NCBI GenBank assembly: GCA_044376115.1 | Contig: JBILLK010000026.1 | Location: forward strand, 82,461 to 146,460 | DNA length: 64,000 nucleotides | Source of the DNA: Polyangiaceae bacterium | GTDB lineage: Bacteria > Myxococcota_A > Polyangia > Polyangiales > Polyangiaceae | Reading direction: 5' to 3' | Part shown: positions 7,701 through 17,613 of the stretch, in pieces | Position numbering within the stretch: the stretch's first letter is position 1 | Layout: every line of letters starts with the position of its first letter | Notes under the pieces: model-generated | Databases searched by the model: none | What the model was told of the DNA's origin: nothing | The model's input: the letters and a program-made list of their open reading frames with translations, nothing else | Translations under genes and position numbers: made by a program

Positions 7701-10118
7701 TCAGCGCGTTACAACCACCGTCGGTACGCGCTCATCAAAGCCGTCGCCGAGGCTCCCGAGCTGACGGTACCCGCGGCAGTGGCGCTCCGTGCCGTTGCGC
7801 AAGCCGCACACGGTGCCGTCATTGTTTTCGAGCTGGCTCCAGCCCGAGGTCAGTTCGATCGCCGGAGAGGCATTGAAGCCGTTATTCGCGCCGTTGTTGA
7901 CGAAGCAGCCCACAGCCCCTTGGCTATTCAGCGCACAGTACGGAAAGCCCGGCCCAACGATGCTCACCCAATCATTGGCCGTACCGGCTTGGAAGGCTGG
8001 CGCGATGCCTTGCAACGTACAATGCAATGTACCGTTGGTCTTTATGCCACATTCACCAAACCCCGTATTGTCCACGAGCGCCCAATCTTGACCGGTCACC
8101 TGGACCGGGCTCACACCAGCGTTGACGCCCCAATAATAGAAGGAACCATCAGTGCGGCGCGCGCCTACCCGATAGTTCCCCATCTCCACCGTATCCCAGC
8201 CGCTCAAGGCGACCTTCGTCGGCAGCAGCGCCGGCTGATTGGTACCGATGCCAAGTTGGCCATATTCGTTGAAGCCCCAACAGTAGAGGTCGCCGTTGGT
8301 AGCAACCGCGCAGGTCGCAAGGACGCCCGCCGAGACATGGCTCCAGCCGGTCACGCCCGGCACCGCCACCACTTGCACCGGCACCGGCGAAGAATCGGTA
8401 TTGCCGGTACCAAGCTGCCCAAAGCCGTTCCTGCCCCAACAGTACAGCTGCTCCGCACGAATGCCGCAGGCGTGAGCATCATATTGGGCGGAGATGGTGA
8501 CGTCGGTCCAATCACTATCGGCGGTCACCGGCGTAGGCGTCGCCCGCGGCAAGCCGTCTGGATCGCCGTTGGGTAACGTGCGGCCCCAACACAAGAGCGA
8601 GCCGCCCGCGAGACCGCAACCCCCGTACGGCGTGGTCGCAAGGCGATCGAATTGGTCGTCAATCAGGATCATGGACCCTTGATTGGGCAGTACGCCGCGA
8701 CCGAGAAGACCGTAGTCATTGCGCCCCCAACAAAGTACCTCCCCGAGCTCCGATTCGGCACAGCGCGTATCGGCGATTCCACCGATACGGAGTAGACCGA
8801 CCTCGGTATCCACCTGCACCGGCGCATTCACGTCGGCCATTGGCGCCGTGAGGGAGCCGAGCGGGCCTTCGTCGTTTGATCCCCAGCAAAAGCCGCGGCC
8901 ATCGCTCTTCACGGCGCAGGAGCCGTACTCGTTCGTGGAGACCGCGACCCAATCGCTATCGGTGCCGACGCGCGTCGGCTCCACTACATCGTCGAAGTTA
9001 CCGAGCCCCAGCTGCCCGTCGTAGTTCTCGCCCCAGCAGTAGAGTTCGCCGTTCGCTTTGAGCGCACACGTATGCGATTCTCCGGCCGCAACGTCAACCC
9101 AGGGCCCGACGTCATCGCTAAGCGTTGGAACGCTAAGCACCGCATTGGCCACACTCTGAAAGCCCCAACAAAGCAATCGCCCATCCGCTCGCACGGCGCA
9201 GGCATGCGCGCCCCCGATCGCGACCTCTAAATAGCTATCGTTGCCGACAGCGATAGGCGTTGCAACATAGTGCGGCTGGTCATTGCCATCGCCGAGCAGG
9301 CCCAGGTTGCCCCAACCAACGCAGTACAGCGTGCCCGCAGCATCGAGCCCACAGCTCGCGTTGTAGCCCGAGTCTATCGACACCAAGGTATCGGAGTAGA
9401 GCTGCGGCTCAAGCGCCGGCTGGGCCGACTGCTCGTCCCCAAGCGCATAGTAGTAGCCCCAACAATAGAGTGAGCCGCTGCGTCGCCCACAGAAGTTGTC
9501 GTACCCAGCGAATAGCTCCTCCCAATCCGAGTCCGTACCAATTTGGAACGGCGTCGCGGTCTCGCCCACATCCGCGGAGCCATCGCCGAGCAGACCGTTG
9601 CCATCGCTGCCCCAGCAATAGAGCGCGCCATCTCCGGAGATGGCACAGGCTGCATCGTAGTTTGTAACCACGCTGCGTAAACCGAAGCCTAAGGTCCAAT
9701 CAAAGGCCTTGGGCTCGGCCTCCACGTTGCCGGTGGCATCGGTGGCGCGCACCGAGAGCGAATGGCTACCGAGCGCCAAAGGATCATAGGCGAAGGTAGC
9801 CTCGCAGGAGGAGAAGGCCGCCCCGTCGAGGCTACATTCGAACGTGCAGGCGGCCTCATCGCAGGCGAGCTCAAACGCGCTCGGAACGGCGTTGCTCTGA
9901 CCGGGTAATGGCGTTTTCACGAAGCTCGTCGTCGGAGCCGTATCGGCGCCACCGCTGCCGCCACCGCCTTGCATGCCAGCCCCTGCCCCACCGTCGGCTC
10001 CGGTCCCACCTTCTCCGCCATTGCCGGAGCCGGCGCTCGCGCCCGAGCCGCTGTCATCCCCGCAGGCCGCCAACAAAGCGCCTATTCCAAGCATCCACGC
10101 GTAGATCGAAGTTCGCAT
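7701..10118 (-). CDS. RCC1-repeat lipoprotein with N-terminal Ig-like domain
   Basis: Lipobox LLAAC; FECSLDG...VRATDATGN Ig-like motif; many HxCA...GxLYCWG.NxxGQLG repeats. Confidence 0.9.
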   Translation of the reverse strand: MRTSIYAWMLGIGALLAACGDDSGSGASAGSGNGGEGGTGADGGAGAGMQGGGGSGGADTAPTTSFVKTPLPGQSNAVPSAFELACDEAACTFECSLDGAAFSSCEATFAYDPLALGSHSLSVRATDATGNVEAEPKAFDWTLGFGLRSVVTNYDAACAISGDGALYCWGSDGNGLLGDGSADVGETATPFQIGTDSDWEELFAGYDNFCGRRSGSLYCWGYYYALGDEQSAQPALEPQLYSDTLVSIDSGYNASCGLDAAGTLYCVGWGNLGLLGDGNDQPHYVATPIAVGNDSYLEVAIGGAHACAVRADGRLLCWGFQSVANAVLSVPTLSDDVGPWVDVAAGESHTCALKANGELYCWGENYDGQLGLGNFDDVVEPTRVGTDSDWVAVSTNEYGSCAVKSDGRGFCWGSNDEGPLGSLTAPMADVNAPVQVDTEVGLLRIGGIADTRCAESELGEVLCWGRNDYGLLGRGVLPNQGSMILIDDQFDRLATTPYGGCGLAGGSLLCWGRTLPNGDPDGLPRATPTPVTADSDWTDVTISAQYDAHACGIRAEQLYCWGRNGFGQLGTGNTDSSPVPVQVVAVPGVTGWSHVSAGVLATCAVATNGDLYCWGFNEYGQLGIGTNQPALLPTKVALSGWDTVEMGNYRVGARRTDGSFYYWGVNAGVSPVQVTGQDWALVDNTGFGECGIKTNGTLHCTLQGIAPAFQAGTANDWVSIVGPGFPYCALNSQGAVGCFVNNGANNGFNASPAIELTSGWSQLENNDGTVCGLRNGTERHCRGYRQLGSLGDGFDERVPTVVVTR

Positions 10119-10184
10119 AACCGGGCTGTGTCGGCCGGGGCCAAATCGATCTCCTTTGTTGTGCGCCGGTGCGAAACTGGGCCG

Positions 10185-11504
10185 ATGAAGAGGTGCGTCG
10201 GCGGACTCCTGTGGCTTCTCGGGTGCGGCGCCTTTGCCGCTTGCGCGGCAAGCCCAGGCAACAAGCGAGCCGACGCGGCTGCGAACGGGCCGGGAGCAAC
10301 CGCGCTGGCCACGACTCCGGCGGGGGCGAGCACGCAACCCACCGCCACGGCGGAACAGCCCCTTGCGAGCAACGAGCCGGTCTTGCGCTGGCCTGCACCC
10401 CAATTCTTACCGCTCAATGCCAAACAAGTTCCAAGTGGGCTGCGCGCGATACGCCGGTATCCGTTTCGACTGGTGGAGCGCGAATTCTTCGATGTCGTAT
10501 GCGGCGACATCGATCCCGAGCGTTTCGCGCTAGAAGCCATCCCCGAAGAGCGGGTCCGTGAGCTGGCCCGCGCGCTCTATCTCCCGGAGGCGACACGCGA
10601 GGTGCTGCTGTGCCGCAAGGCGCTACGCGAGCGGCTCGATGCGGCGGACCCCAGCGCCATAACGGTAACGTTTGAGATCGCAGGCTCGAGCCACGAGACG
10701 GTTACCTTCTTACAGCTCCCAGAGTTCGAGTTGCCCGCAACCGCCCGCTTCGTTCACGACGCTACCAAGATGAGCGGCCTTAGCGAGGCGCGCTGCCAGT
10801 ACTTCGAGCTATTCCCCAACAAGCCGTGCACCGAGCTCTCAGATACGATTGGGCGCTGGCCAGCCGAAGCAGCGCAGGGACAAACGTGGTGGGCCTTTGG
10901 TCGGATTGTCGGTTTAAACGAGCTGCTCGCGGCTCAAAAAGGCACGCAGCCGCACCCGCGTCTCGCGGACCTCAATGCGCTATTGCCGTGTGCGGGCGAG
11001 CTCGAGGTCAGTCGCCTCGAATTGCGATTAGCGTCCTCCACCCTCGACGACACCGATCAGCTGGTTGCCCGCAGTGGACCGTTGACCCGGCACTGCCAGC
11101 GTTACGCTGATACAGCGATAGCACTCGAGGCGCTCGAAAGAGCGCAGCAGCCCGCAGAGGCTCGGCCCGCGAGCGCGCGCAAAGAAAGCTGTGACACCTG
11201 CGCCCCGCTGATGCGAGCCGTGGTGATTGCGGAACGCGAAGCACGTAACAAGAAGCGTCCGCACGAAACAACATTGCGTGTGGACGGTCGCTTCTTCATT
11301 CGCGAGTCGAAGGCGGTTGCGGACCCCGACTATCAGAAGGCCGACGAAGCGCTCGAGACCGCACGCAACAAGCGCGCTAACTTACTTGCGCCCATCCTCG
11401 AACGTTGGCGCGCCGGCCAAGCGCCCAAGCCAGAGGACTTCAAACCGATCAACGGCGCCGCATACGTCAAACAACTAAAAGAGAAGCTACGCGAGTTGGA
11501 CTAG
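10185..11504 (+). CDS. hypothetical lipoprotein
   Basis: MKRCVGGLLWLLGCGAFAAC signal; long ORF with protein-like composition. Confidence 0.7.
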   Translation: MKRCVGGLLWLLGCGAFAACAASPGNKRADAAANGPGATALATTPAGASTQPTATAEQPLASNEPVLRWPAPQFLPLNAKQVPSGLRAIRRYPFRLVEREFFDVVCGDIDPERFALEAIPEERVRELARALYLPEATREVLLCRKALRERLDAADPSAITVTFEIAGSSHETVTFLQLPEFELPATARFVHDATKMSGLSEARCQYFELFPNKPCTELSDTIGRWPAEAAQGQTWWAFGRIVGLNELLAAQKGTQPHPRLADLNALLPCAGELEVSRLELRLASSTLDDTDQLVARSGPLTRHCQRYADTAIALEALERAQQPAEARPASARKESCDTCAPLMRAVVIAEREARNKKRPHETTLRVDGRFFIRESKAVADPDYQKADEALETARNKRANLLAPILERWRAGQAPKPEDFKPINGAAYVKQLKEKLRELD

Positions 11505-11551
11505 GTTCGCCCCCTCGGTGTGCTCGCTCCACTTCGTTGCGCTGCGCCACT

Positions 11552-11604
11552 ACTCCCCCAAATCCGGCTTGCTCCACTGCGTTTCGCAGCGCGGATGGGG
11601 GAGT
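11552..11604. repeat. REP-like stem-loop downstream of convergent genes
   Basis: actccccca(aa)tccg ... cggatgggggagt with inner hairpin ctgcg-ttt-cgcag. Confidence 0.6.
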
Positions 11605-11767
11605 CAGCTTACGGGAGGCAGACGGAAGTGTGGAGGCGGTTATCACACTGACTGGGCTCGCTTGGAGACAGTGGCTACGGGGTAGTACGGGAGCGGCTTG
11701 TGGTTGCTAGGAGGTATTGGCTGCGGGCGCGCAGGCGGCGCAGGCCTTGGGGGATCGGCCACCGAAG

Positions 11768-11834
11768 TGGACGTTTTGTTGAGTACGGAGACCGATCGGG
11801 CGGGGATGGGCGCGTGAATTCAACAAAACGTCCA
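11768..11834. repeat. 15-bp perfect inverted repeat with 37-bp spacer
   Basis: tggacgttttgttga (11768-11782) / tcaacaaaacgtcca (11820-11834). Confidence 0.85.
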
Positions 11835-11927
11835 GTTGGAGGTCCCATCCTCGCGTTGGGAGCGCGCGCTACGCGTTGAGCGCCAGCGGGGGCGCGGCTC
11901 ATCAGGGAGCGGCGCGTAGTGGGGTAT

Positions 11928-12623
11928 CTATTGTGGGGCGCGGAGGCCGTCTCCGCTCGTCATCCAGCGGAGGGCCTGCTCCAAACGCGCAGGCGCGTCG
12001 CTTTCGATGGGCTCGCCGTGGGCGAGGATCACCGTGTTGAAGGGCCAGGCGAGCAGGGTGCGAGCGCTGCGCGCAGCGAGGCCGCGGTCTTTGACGAAGA
12101 TGCGCCAGGCGCGGCTCTGGCCGAGCTTGCCGTGACAACCGACGAGCCAGAGCGTGACGTGGGCGACAAAGCCTTTAGGCGCGGTGATGTGAAAGAGCAG
12201 GTCGGTCACGACGACGGTGCGCGAAGGCTCGTGAAAAAATGCGAACTCGTCCACCGAGGGTGCGCCCTCGATCTTTGCGACGCGCACGGTGCTCGTGAGT
12301 TCCGGCGGTAGCGCGTCCTCGAGGTCGGCGTCGATGCGTAGGTCGGGCCGCTTGGCGCGGAGAGCACGCGGCGCAAGCACGCGGGCGGCGGGCCAGCGCT
12401 CGGCGGCCTCAGCGAGGTAGAGATGGTGCAGTAGGTTGGGCGCGATCAGGAAGCGGACGGGGCCTTGCTCCTCGACCTGCGCCGCAAGCTCGCTATTCAG
12501 GCGGATGGGGGAGACCAGCGCGAGCCCTCCGTCCGCGAGTGGCAGCGCCGTCATGCGCGTGGGCATGTGGAAGCTGCCGGGGAGCACCTGCGCCATCGGG
12601 AACGTCTTGATGCGGTTCGGCAT
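11928..12623 (-). CDS. DUF4336 family protein (metallo-beta-lactamase-like fold)
   Basis: TRMT...LVSP...GPVRFLIAPNLLHHLYL...FFHEPSRTVVVTDL...WPFNTVILAHG; start at MPNRIK. Confidence 0.85.
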   Translation of the reverse strand: MPNRIKTFPMAQVLPGSFHMPTRMTALPLADGGLALVSPIRLNSELAAQVEEQGPVRFLIAPNLLHHLYLAEAAERWPAARVLAPRALRAKRPDLRIDADLEDALPPELTSTVRVAKIEGAPSVDEFAFFHEPSRTVVVTDLLFHITAPKGFVAHVTLWLVGCHGKLGQSRAWRIFVKDRGLAARSARTLLAWPFNTVILAHGEPIESDAPARLEQALRWMTSGDGLRAPQ

Positions 12624-12632
12624 GGCTCGATA

Positions 12633-12670
12633 GTCAACCACACTTGACCAATTTGTCAAGTAAGCTTGAC
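12633..12670. promoter_or_regulatory. MarR operator array overlapping divergent promoters
   Basis: GTCAA-N6-TTGAC twice (12633-12648, 12655-12670); a perfect TTGACA reads on the minus strand at 12659-12654. Confidence 0.75.
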
Positions 12671-12677
12671 CATCCCA

Positions 12678-13151
12678 ATGGACCGCGATGAAGCCCGCTA
12701 CCGAACTCGGCTCGAAGACGCGAAGCGCGCGAGCACGATCCAGCTGCTCTTCCGCACGGCGCGGATGCTCGATGAGGAGGCGCTGCGGCGCGTCGCTTCG
12801 AAGCCAGGCCGGCCCAAGCTCCGGCGTTCGCACACCAGCCTCTTTCCGCATATCGATCTGGAGGGCACACGGGTGAGCGAGCTAGCGGAGCGGCTGGGCG
12901 TTACAAAGCAAGCGGTCTCGCAGCTGGTGGACGACCTCGAGCAGCAGGGCGTGCTCGAACGGGTGGTCGATCCGGAGGACGCGCGCGCGCGCCGCGTGCG
13001 CTTCACGGCGCGCGGTCGCGCAGGGCTGCTGGACGGCCTCGCGATCTTGAAGGAGCTCGAGGCCGAGTGCGCGAAGGTGATCGGCGCGTCTCAGATGGAG
13101 GACCTGCACCGCGCGCTGACTGCGCTCGATGCGCACCTAAGGACGAAGTAG
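12678..13151 (+). CDS. MarR family transcriptional regulator
   Basis: SELAERLGVTKQAVSQLVDDLE...DPEDARARRVRFTARG winged HTH. Confidence 0.93.
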   Translation: MDRDEARYRTRLEDAKRASTIQLLFRTARMLDEEALRRVASKPGRPKLRRSHTSLFPHIDLEGTRVSELAERLGVTKQAVSQLVDDLEQQGVLERVVDPEDARARRVRFTARGRAGLLDGLAILKELEAECAKVIGASQMEDLHRALTALDAHLRTK

Positions 13152-13164
13152 ACGGCGGCCGCCA

Positions 13165-13752
13165 TTAAGGCTTTGTGTTCAGCAGCTCGAGCGTGTCGAT
13201 GATTTGGTAGATCTCGGCGAAGGTGCGGGGGAGCTGCAAGCCGCAGTTCACCTCGAGCACGCTGCCTTCGGTGTCCACCCAGAGGCGCACGCGCACCGAG
13301 CGCTTGTGCAAGGACTCCAGGGTAATGCGACCGTTCTGGCGCTCGGATGGGTACTTCTGATCGACCTCGATATCATCGTCGTCCTCCTGATTGAGCAGGC
13401 CCTTCATGCCGAACTCGGCGGCGTCGCGCAGCGCAGCTTGGCGTTTGAAGTTCGGATCTTTCGCGGAGGTGTTGGGGTAAAGCACGAGCTGAATCGAGCC
13501 GCTGCTGCCTTGCGCGCTGCCCTTCTCGAGATCCACCTTCCAATCTTGCGGCAGGCGAAGGCGCGCCTTTTGCGCCGTGAAGTCCACGCTGGTGGAGGCG
13601 GTGCGCAAGCCCTCGTTGGGACGCGGCGCAGCCGTCGCAGAGGCCTCGCGCGGACCACCCGATCCGACCGAAACGGCCTCCGGAACCTGCGCCTCACTCG
13701 GCCCACCACAGTGAACGAGCCCCAAACAGACCACCGCTAACGCTGAACGCAT
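13165..13752 (-). CDS. hypothetical lipoprotein
   Basis: MRSALAVVCLGLVHC signal, Pro/Ala linker, globular C-terminal domain. Confidence 0.65.
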   Translation of the reverse strand: MRSALAVVCLGLVHCGGPSEAQVPEAVSVGSGGPREASATAAPRPNEGLRTASTSVDFTAQKARLRLPQDWKVDLEKGSAQGSSGSIQLVLYPNTSAKDPNFKRQAALRDAAEFGMKGLLNQEDDDDIEVDQKYPSERQNGRITLESLHKRSVRVRLWVDTEGSVLEVNCGLQLPRTFAEIYQIIDTLELLNTKP

Positions 13753-13827
13753 TCGGCACAGATAGAGCATTAGCTGGCGCTATTGAAGGGACATGCGCCT
13801 TCGTGGTCCCCGCTCGGAACCAAGCGC

Positions 13828-15021
13828 TCAGGGCAACGGGCAGCTGGCGCTCGCATCCACGTAGCCAAACTCGAAGAAGTTGATCGGGTGGCTACCGAGG
13901 AAGCTGCTCGCGTCTTGCCAATTGAGGCCGTCGTTCGACACCACGAAGCGTTGGTCTTCGTAGTAGTTGTCCCACGATTGGTGGACGGCGGCGAAGGTGC
14001 CGTCGGGCGCGCGGGTAACCGGGCCGAGCGAGAGGTTTTGTGGGCTGCCCGCCTCGCTCGTCCAGTCGATGCCGTTCGCGCTTCGGAAGCGAGTCGAGCC
14101 GGCCCATACGTAGAATTCAGTGCCGGTCCAAACGCCGCCGGAGCTCAGGTAGTCGTTTACTGGATTGAGCTGCCAGCTGTCGCCGCCGTCGGTCGAGGTG
14201 CATACGTGGCCGGAGCCGCTGAAGATCGCGATGGTGCCGTTACCGTATTGAAGGTTCGACACGTATTGACCACATTGAGCCGGGCGATTGCTCGCGTGCG
14301 TCCAGGTCACTCCGTCGGGCGAGATGACAATATCGCGTGTCTCGCCGCTCTCGCCGGTGACGATGAATACGCCGTTTCCGTGCGGGACGAATTGGATGGC
14401 CCTTGTATTGATATTTAAATCCAAGTTGCCGCCTTCGGTCCAGTTGAGGCCGTCGGTGGATAGGCGGGTGGGCGAATTGTTGGTTACGAAGGTGCCATTG
14501 CCGAAGGCGACATCGGCATAGGTCGGGGTATCTGTGGCGACGATCTCCCAGGTGACGCCATCGGTGGAGCGGCGCAAGGTTCCGGGGGCGCCCCAACCGA
14601 AGGTCGCCACCCATACGCCGTTACCGTAAGCGAGCCCGCGCCCGGCGAAGGCGTTGTGATCGCAGTCCGTGTTGTCACCGGACCAACAACGGAAGTTGTC
14701 GTCTTCGGATTGATTGGCGACGTAGCTCACACCGCCGTCGCAGCTGATGGTGGTGCGCCCCATGTGGCCCTGCGCGATGAAGGCTGGGACCAAGCCCTCG
14801 GGCGGTGCTCCGCCTTCGGTGCCACCCCCGAGCGAGCTGCCACCGCTGCTGGGCGAACCGCCGTCACTGCTGCTCCCAGCGCTACCAGCGCCGCTTCCAC
14901 CGGTCGCCGATTCTCCGCCGCTTTCAGCGCTACCAGCGGTCCCCGAACCGGAAGCAGCGTCACCACAAGCGACCAACACGGCCAGACCAGAAAGCGCGAA
15001 CCTTGCACGAAGCGAGCTCAT
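13828..15021 (-). CDS. BNR/Asp-box beta-propeller lipoprotein
   Basis: Lipobox VLVAC, Gly/Ser linker; repeated SxDGxxW Asp-boxes and AYGNG/AFGNG motifs. Confidence 0.85.
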   Translation of the reverse strand: MSSLRARFALSGLAVLVACGDAASGSGTAGSAESGGESATGGSGAGSAGSSSDGGSPSSGGSSLGGGTEGGAPPEGLVPAFIAQGHMGRTTISCDGGVSYVANQSEDDNFRCWSGDNTDCDHNAFAGRGLAYGNGVWVATFGWGAPGTLRRSTDGVTWEIVATDTPTYADVAFGNGTFVTNNSPTRLSTDGLNWTEGGNLDLNINTRAIQFVPHGNGVFIVTGESGETRDIVISPDGVTWTHASNRPAQCGQYVSNLQYGNGTIAIFSGSGHVCTSTDGGDSWQLNPVNDYLSSGGVWTGTEFYVWAGSTRFRSANGIDWTSEAGSPQNLSLGPVTRAPDGTFAAVHQSWDNYYEDQRFVVSNDGLNWQDASSFLGSHPINFFEFGYVDASASCPLP

Positions 15022-15228
15022 GGCCGCAGCACAGCAAATCCCAGGCCCAACGTTGCGAACTCCGAAGGCTCGCGATGAAGCCGAAACGCTGCGTGCGCGT
15101 CGCTGCAACTGCGACAAGCGTGGGGCAGCGGCCGAGCGAGTGGGACAACGTTGGGGCAGCGCGGACGGCGCCTCGGGATAGTTCGAGGCTGTACCGCTCG
15201 AGCTCACGGCGATCTGGGGCAGCTCGCC

Positions 15229-17193
15229 CTAGCTCGGTTCGCGGGCGAGCTTCGGCCGAATCACCGAGGACAAGGTGCGGCTTAGCTCATTGCGATGAAA
15301 GGGCTTGGCGAGGAAGGCGTCGGCTCGACCGGGGGAGGCCACGCCCAGACTCGGGCGCTCGTTGCGGGGGAAGCCGCTCGCGACCACGATGGGCACCGAG
15401 GCATCGATCGCCCGCAGTTCACGCACCAGCTCCGAGCCGCTCATACGCGGCATCACCACGTCGCAGATCACGGCCACAAGCAGCTTGGAGAGCTCATGAA
15501 AGCGTTGCAACGCTTGGTCCCCATCGGAGGCCGCAACCACCGTAAAGCCGAGGCTCTTGAGCAGCTGGGTGCCCGCGGCGAGCACCAGCGGCTCATCATC
15601 CACGAGCAGGATCAAGCCTGAATCCTGGACCAGCGGACGAGAGACCTCTTTGCTCGGTAGCGCTTCATTGCTGAGCGGTAACAGCAGGCGGAACACGGCG
15701 CCGAGCCCAGGCTGCGACTCCACCGTGACGGCGCCGTTGTGCTCGAGCATGGTGCCGTACACGGCGGCCAAGCCGAGGCCGGTGCCCTTACCAAGTTCTT
15801 TGGAGGTGTAGAACGGCTCGAAGATGCGGCTCTGCATCTCGATCGGGATGCCGGTGCCCGTATCGCGCACGCTTAGCTGAAGGAAAAGACCAGGCCGGAG
15901 CTCGAAAGGAAGGACGGCGCAGCTCGTCGCGTCGAGGTCCAAGACCTCGCTGCGAAAGTGCAGCTCGCCGCCATCCGGCATGGCGTCACGCGCGTTGATA
16001 CCGAGGTTGAGCAAGACGTTCTGCAGCTGCGCCACGTCTCCCATCACCGTGGACGCGGCAGCATGCAGCTCGATCAGGATGCGCACCCGCCGATCGATGC
16101 TGCGCTCGAGCAGCGCCACGGTGTCGCGAATGACCGCGTGCATATCCACGGCCGCGTTCTGCGTGCGACCTTTGCGTGAGAAGGAGAGCAGCTTGTGGGT
16201 CAATTCGGCCGCGCGCTCCGAGGCCGAAATGATCATCGAACAGAGTTCGCGCTCGACCGGGCTTTGTGCGTTCTCCAGCAGCTCTTCTCCGGCGGAGAGG
16301 ATGGGCGTCAGCATGTTGTTGAAGTCGTGCGCGACGCCGCCTGCGAGCTGACCGATGGCCTCCATCTTTTGCGCCTGACGCACCACGCTCTCGAGCTCGC
16401 GCCGTTTGGTCACGTCCGCGCCCATGCCGGTGACGCGTACGCACTGCCCCGAAGAGTCGCGAATCGGGAAGGTGCGTTCGTGAATCCAGCGAACGCGGCC
16501 TGCATCGCTAACGCGATATTCAAGCTCCGCAGCCACCTTGCGGACCTCATCCTGAAAGTGGCCTCGAACGCGGTCAGCGTCCTCCCTATGAACGGCGCCC
16601 AGACGTGCGTCTGCCGATTGATTGGCGATGAAGGGTACGCCGTAGACGGTGCGCCAGGCTGGGCTCGCGTAAACGATGCGATCGCTCGCGACGTCGTAAA
16701 GCCAGAAGGCCTCCTCGAGACTGGCCGCGAGCTGCTGAAAGCGCGCTTCACTTTCTTTCAACGCGGCCTCGGCGCGCAACCGCGAGCGTTCACTGTTGGC
16801 GGCGCGTAGCGCGCGCTCTACCAAGACGGGCATATCGCGGTAGAGGTCGGGCGACTTTACGACGTAGTCGAGCGCGCCGCCCTTCATCGCCGCAACAGCG
16901 CGCGCTTCATCGCCTTGGCTGGTCAAGATCACGAGCGGCATGCCCGGCCCGAGCAGCTCGAGGGCAGAGCCATCCGGCAAGCGCAAGTCCGCCAAGATCA
17001 GATCGGCAGCCTGTTGACCAAGCCATGCGCGAGCCGCCTCGAGCGAGCCAACAGTGTGAACGTCTGCAACCACGTCTGGTTCGAGCGCGCGCGAGGCCAG
17101 CTCGGCGTGAGCGGCGTCATCCTCGATCAGCAAAATGGTGGGGCGTTCGAACTCAGTGGACTTGGGAGGAGCCATCGCGAACGACCCGGGCAT
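15229..17193 (-). CDS. hybrid sensor histidine kinase (REC-PAS-HisKA-HATPase-REC)
   Basis: LLIEDD...DLRLPD; GGVAHDFNNML H-box; NARDAM, DTGTG, GKGTGLGL; C-terminal LLVDDE...DVVMP. Confidence 0.95.
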   Translation of the reverse strand: MPGSFAMAPPKSTEFERPTILLIEDDAAHAELASRALEPDVVADVHTVGSLEAARAWLGQQAADLILADLRLPDGSALELLGPGMPLVILTSQGDEARAVAAMKGGALDYVVKSPDLYRDMPVLVERALRAANSERSRLRAEAALKESEARFQQLAASLEEAFWLYDVASDRIVYASPAWRTVYGVPFIANQSADARLGAVHREDADRVRGHFQDEVRKVAAELEYRVSDAGRVRWIHERTFPIRDSSGQCVRVTGMGADVTKRRELESVVRQAQKMEAIGQLAGGVAHDFNNMLTPILSAGEELLENAQSPVERELCSMIISASERAAELTHKLLSFSRKGRTQNAAVDMHAVIRDTVALLERSIDRRVRILIELHAAASTVMGDVAQLQNVLLNLGINARDAMPDGGELHFRSEVLDLDATSCAVLPFELRPGLFLQLSVRDTGTGIPIEMQSRIFEPFYTSKELGKGTGLGLAAVYGTMLEHNGAVTVESQPGLGAVFRLLLPLSNEALPSKEVSRPLVQDSGLILLVDDEPLVLAAGTQLLKSLGFTVVAASDGDQALQRFHELSKLLVAVICDVVMPRMSGSELVRELRAIDASVPIVVASGFPRNERPSLGVASPGRADAFLAKPFHRNELSRTLSSVIRPKLAREPS

Positions 17194-17602
17194 TGTGGGA
17201 AAGCCAATACGTTGAGACGTCCCGAAGCAGGTTGTCCAGGTCGGTGAACTCCTCCGGCTTTACCAAGTAGCTATTGGCGTGATGTGCGTATGCGCGCCGC
17301 AAATCACTCTCCTTGGCGCTGGTGCTGAGCACGACCACCGGAATGCTGCGAAGTTTGGCGTGCTCTTTCACCGTGCGCAGGATCTCGAAGCCATCCACCT
17401 TGGGCAGCCGCAGGTCGAGCAGCAGAACGTCGGGCTGCTCGACATCTCCGCGCTCACAACGTGCAAGGTAGGCAAGCGCCGCCTCTCCGTCGCTGAGGTG
17501 CAGAACGTCGTCACGCACACCGTGGGTGGCCAAACAGCGCAATACGAGCTCGGCGTGATCGTCGTTATCTTCGACGTAAAGAATGCGCGCGTTGTGCCCC
17601 AT
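17153..17602 (-). CDS. single-domain response regulator, Rcp1-like
   Basis: ILYVEDN...LLDLRLPKVDG...IPVVVLSTS...ANSYLVKP. Confidence 0.95.
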   Translation of the reverse strand: MGHNARILYVEDNDDHAELVLRCLATHGVRDDVLHLSDGEAALAYLARCERGDVEQPDVLLLDLRLPKVDGFEILRTVKEHAKLRSIPVVVLSTSAKESDLRRAYAHHANSYLVKPEEFTDLDNLLRDVSTYWLSHNARVVRDGSSQVH

Positions 17603-17613
17603 CTGCGAGGAGC

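Noticed and set aside
11675..11902. 75-aa ORF in the convergent intergenic region
   Set aside because: Arg/Pro-rich composition, spans the inverted repeat and has no recognisable motif.
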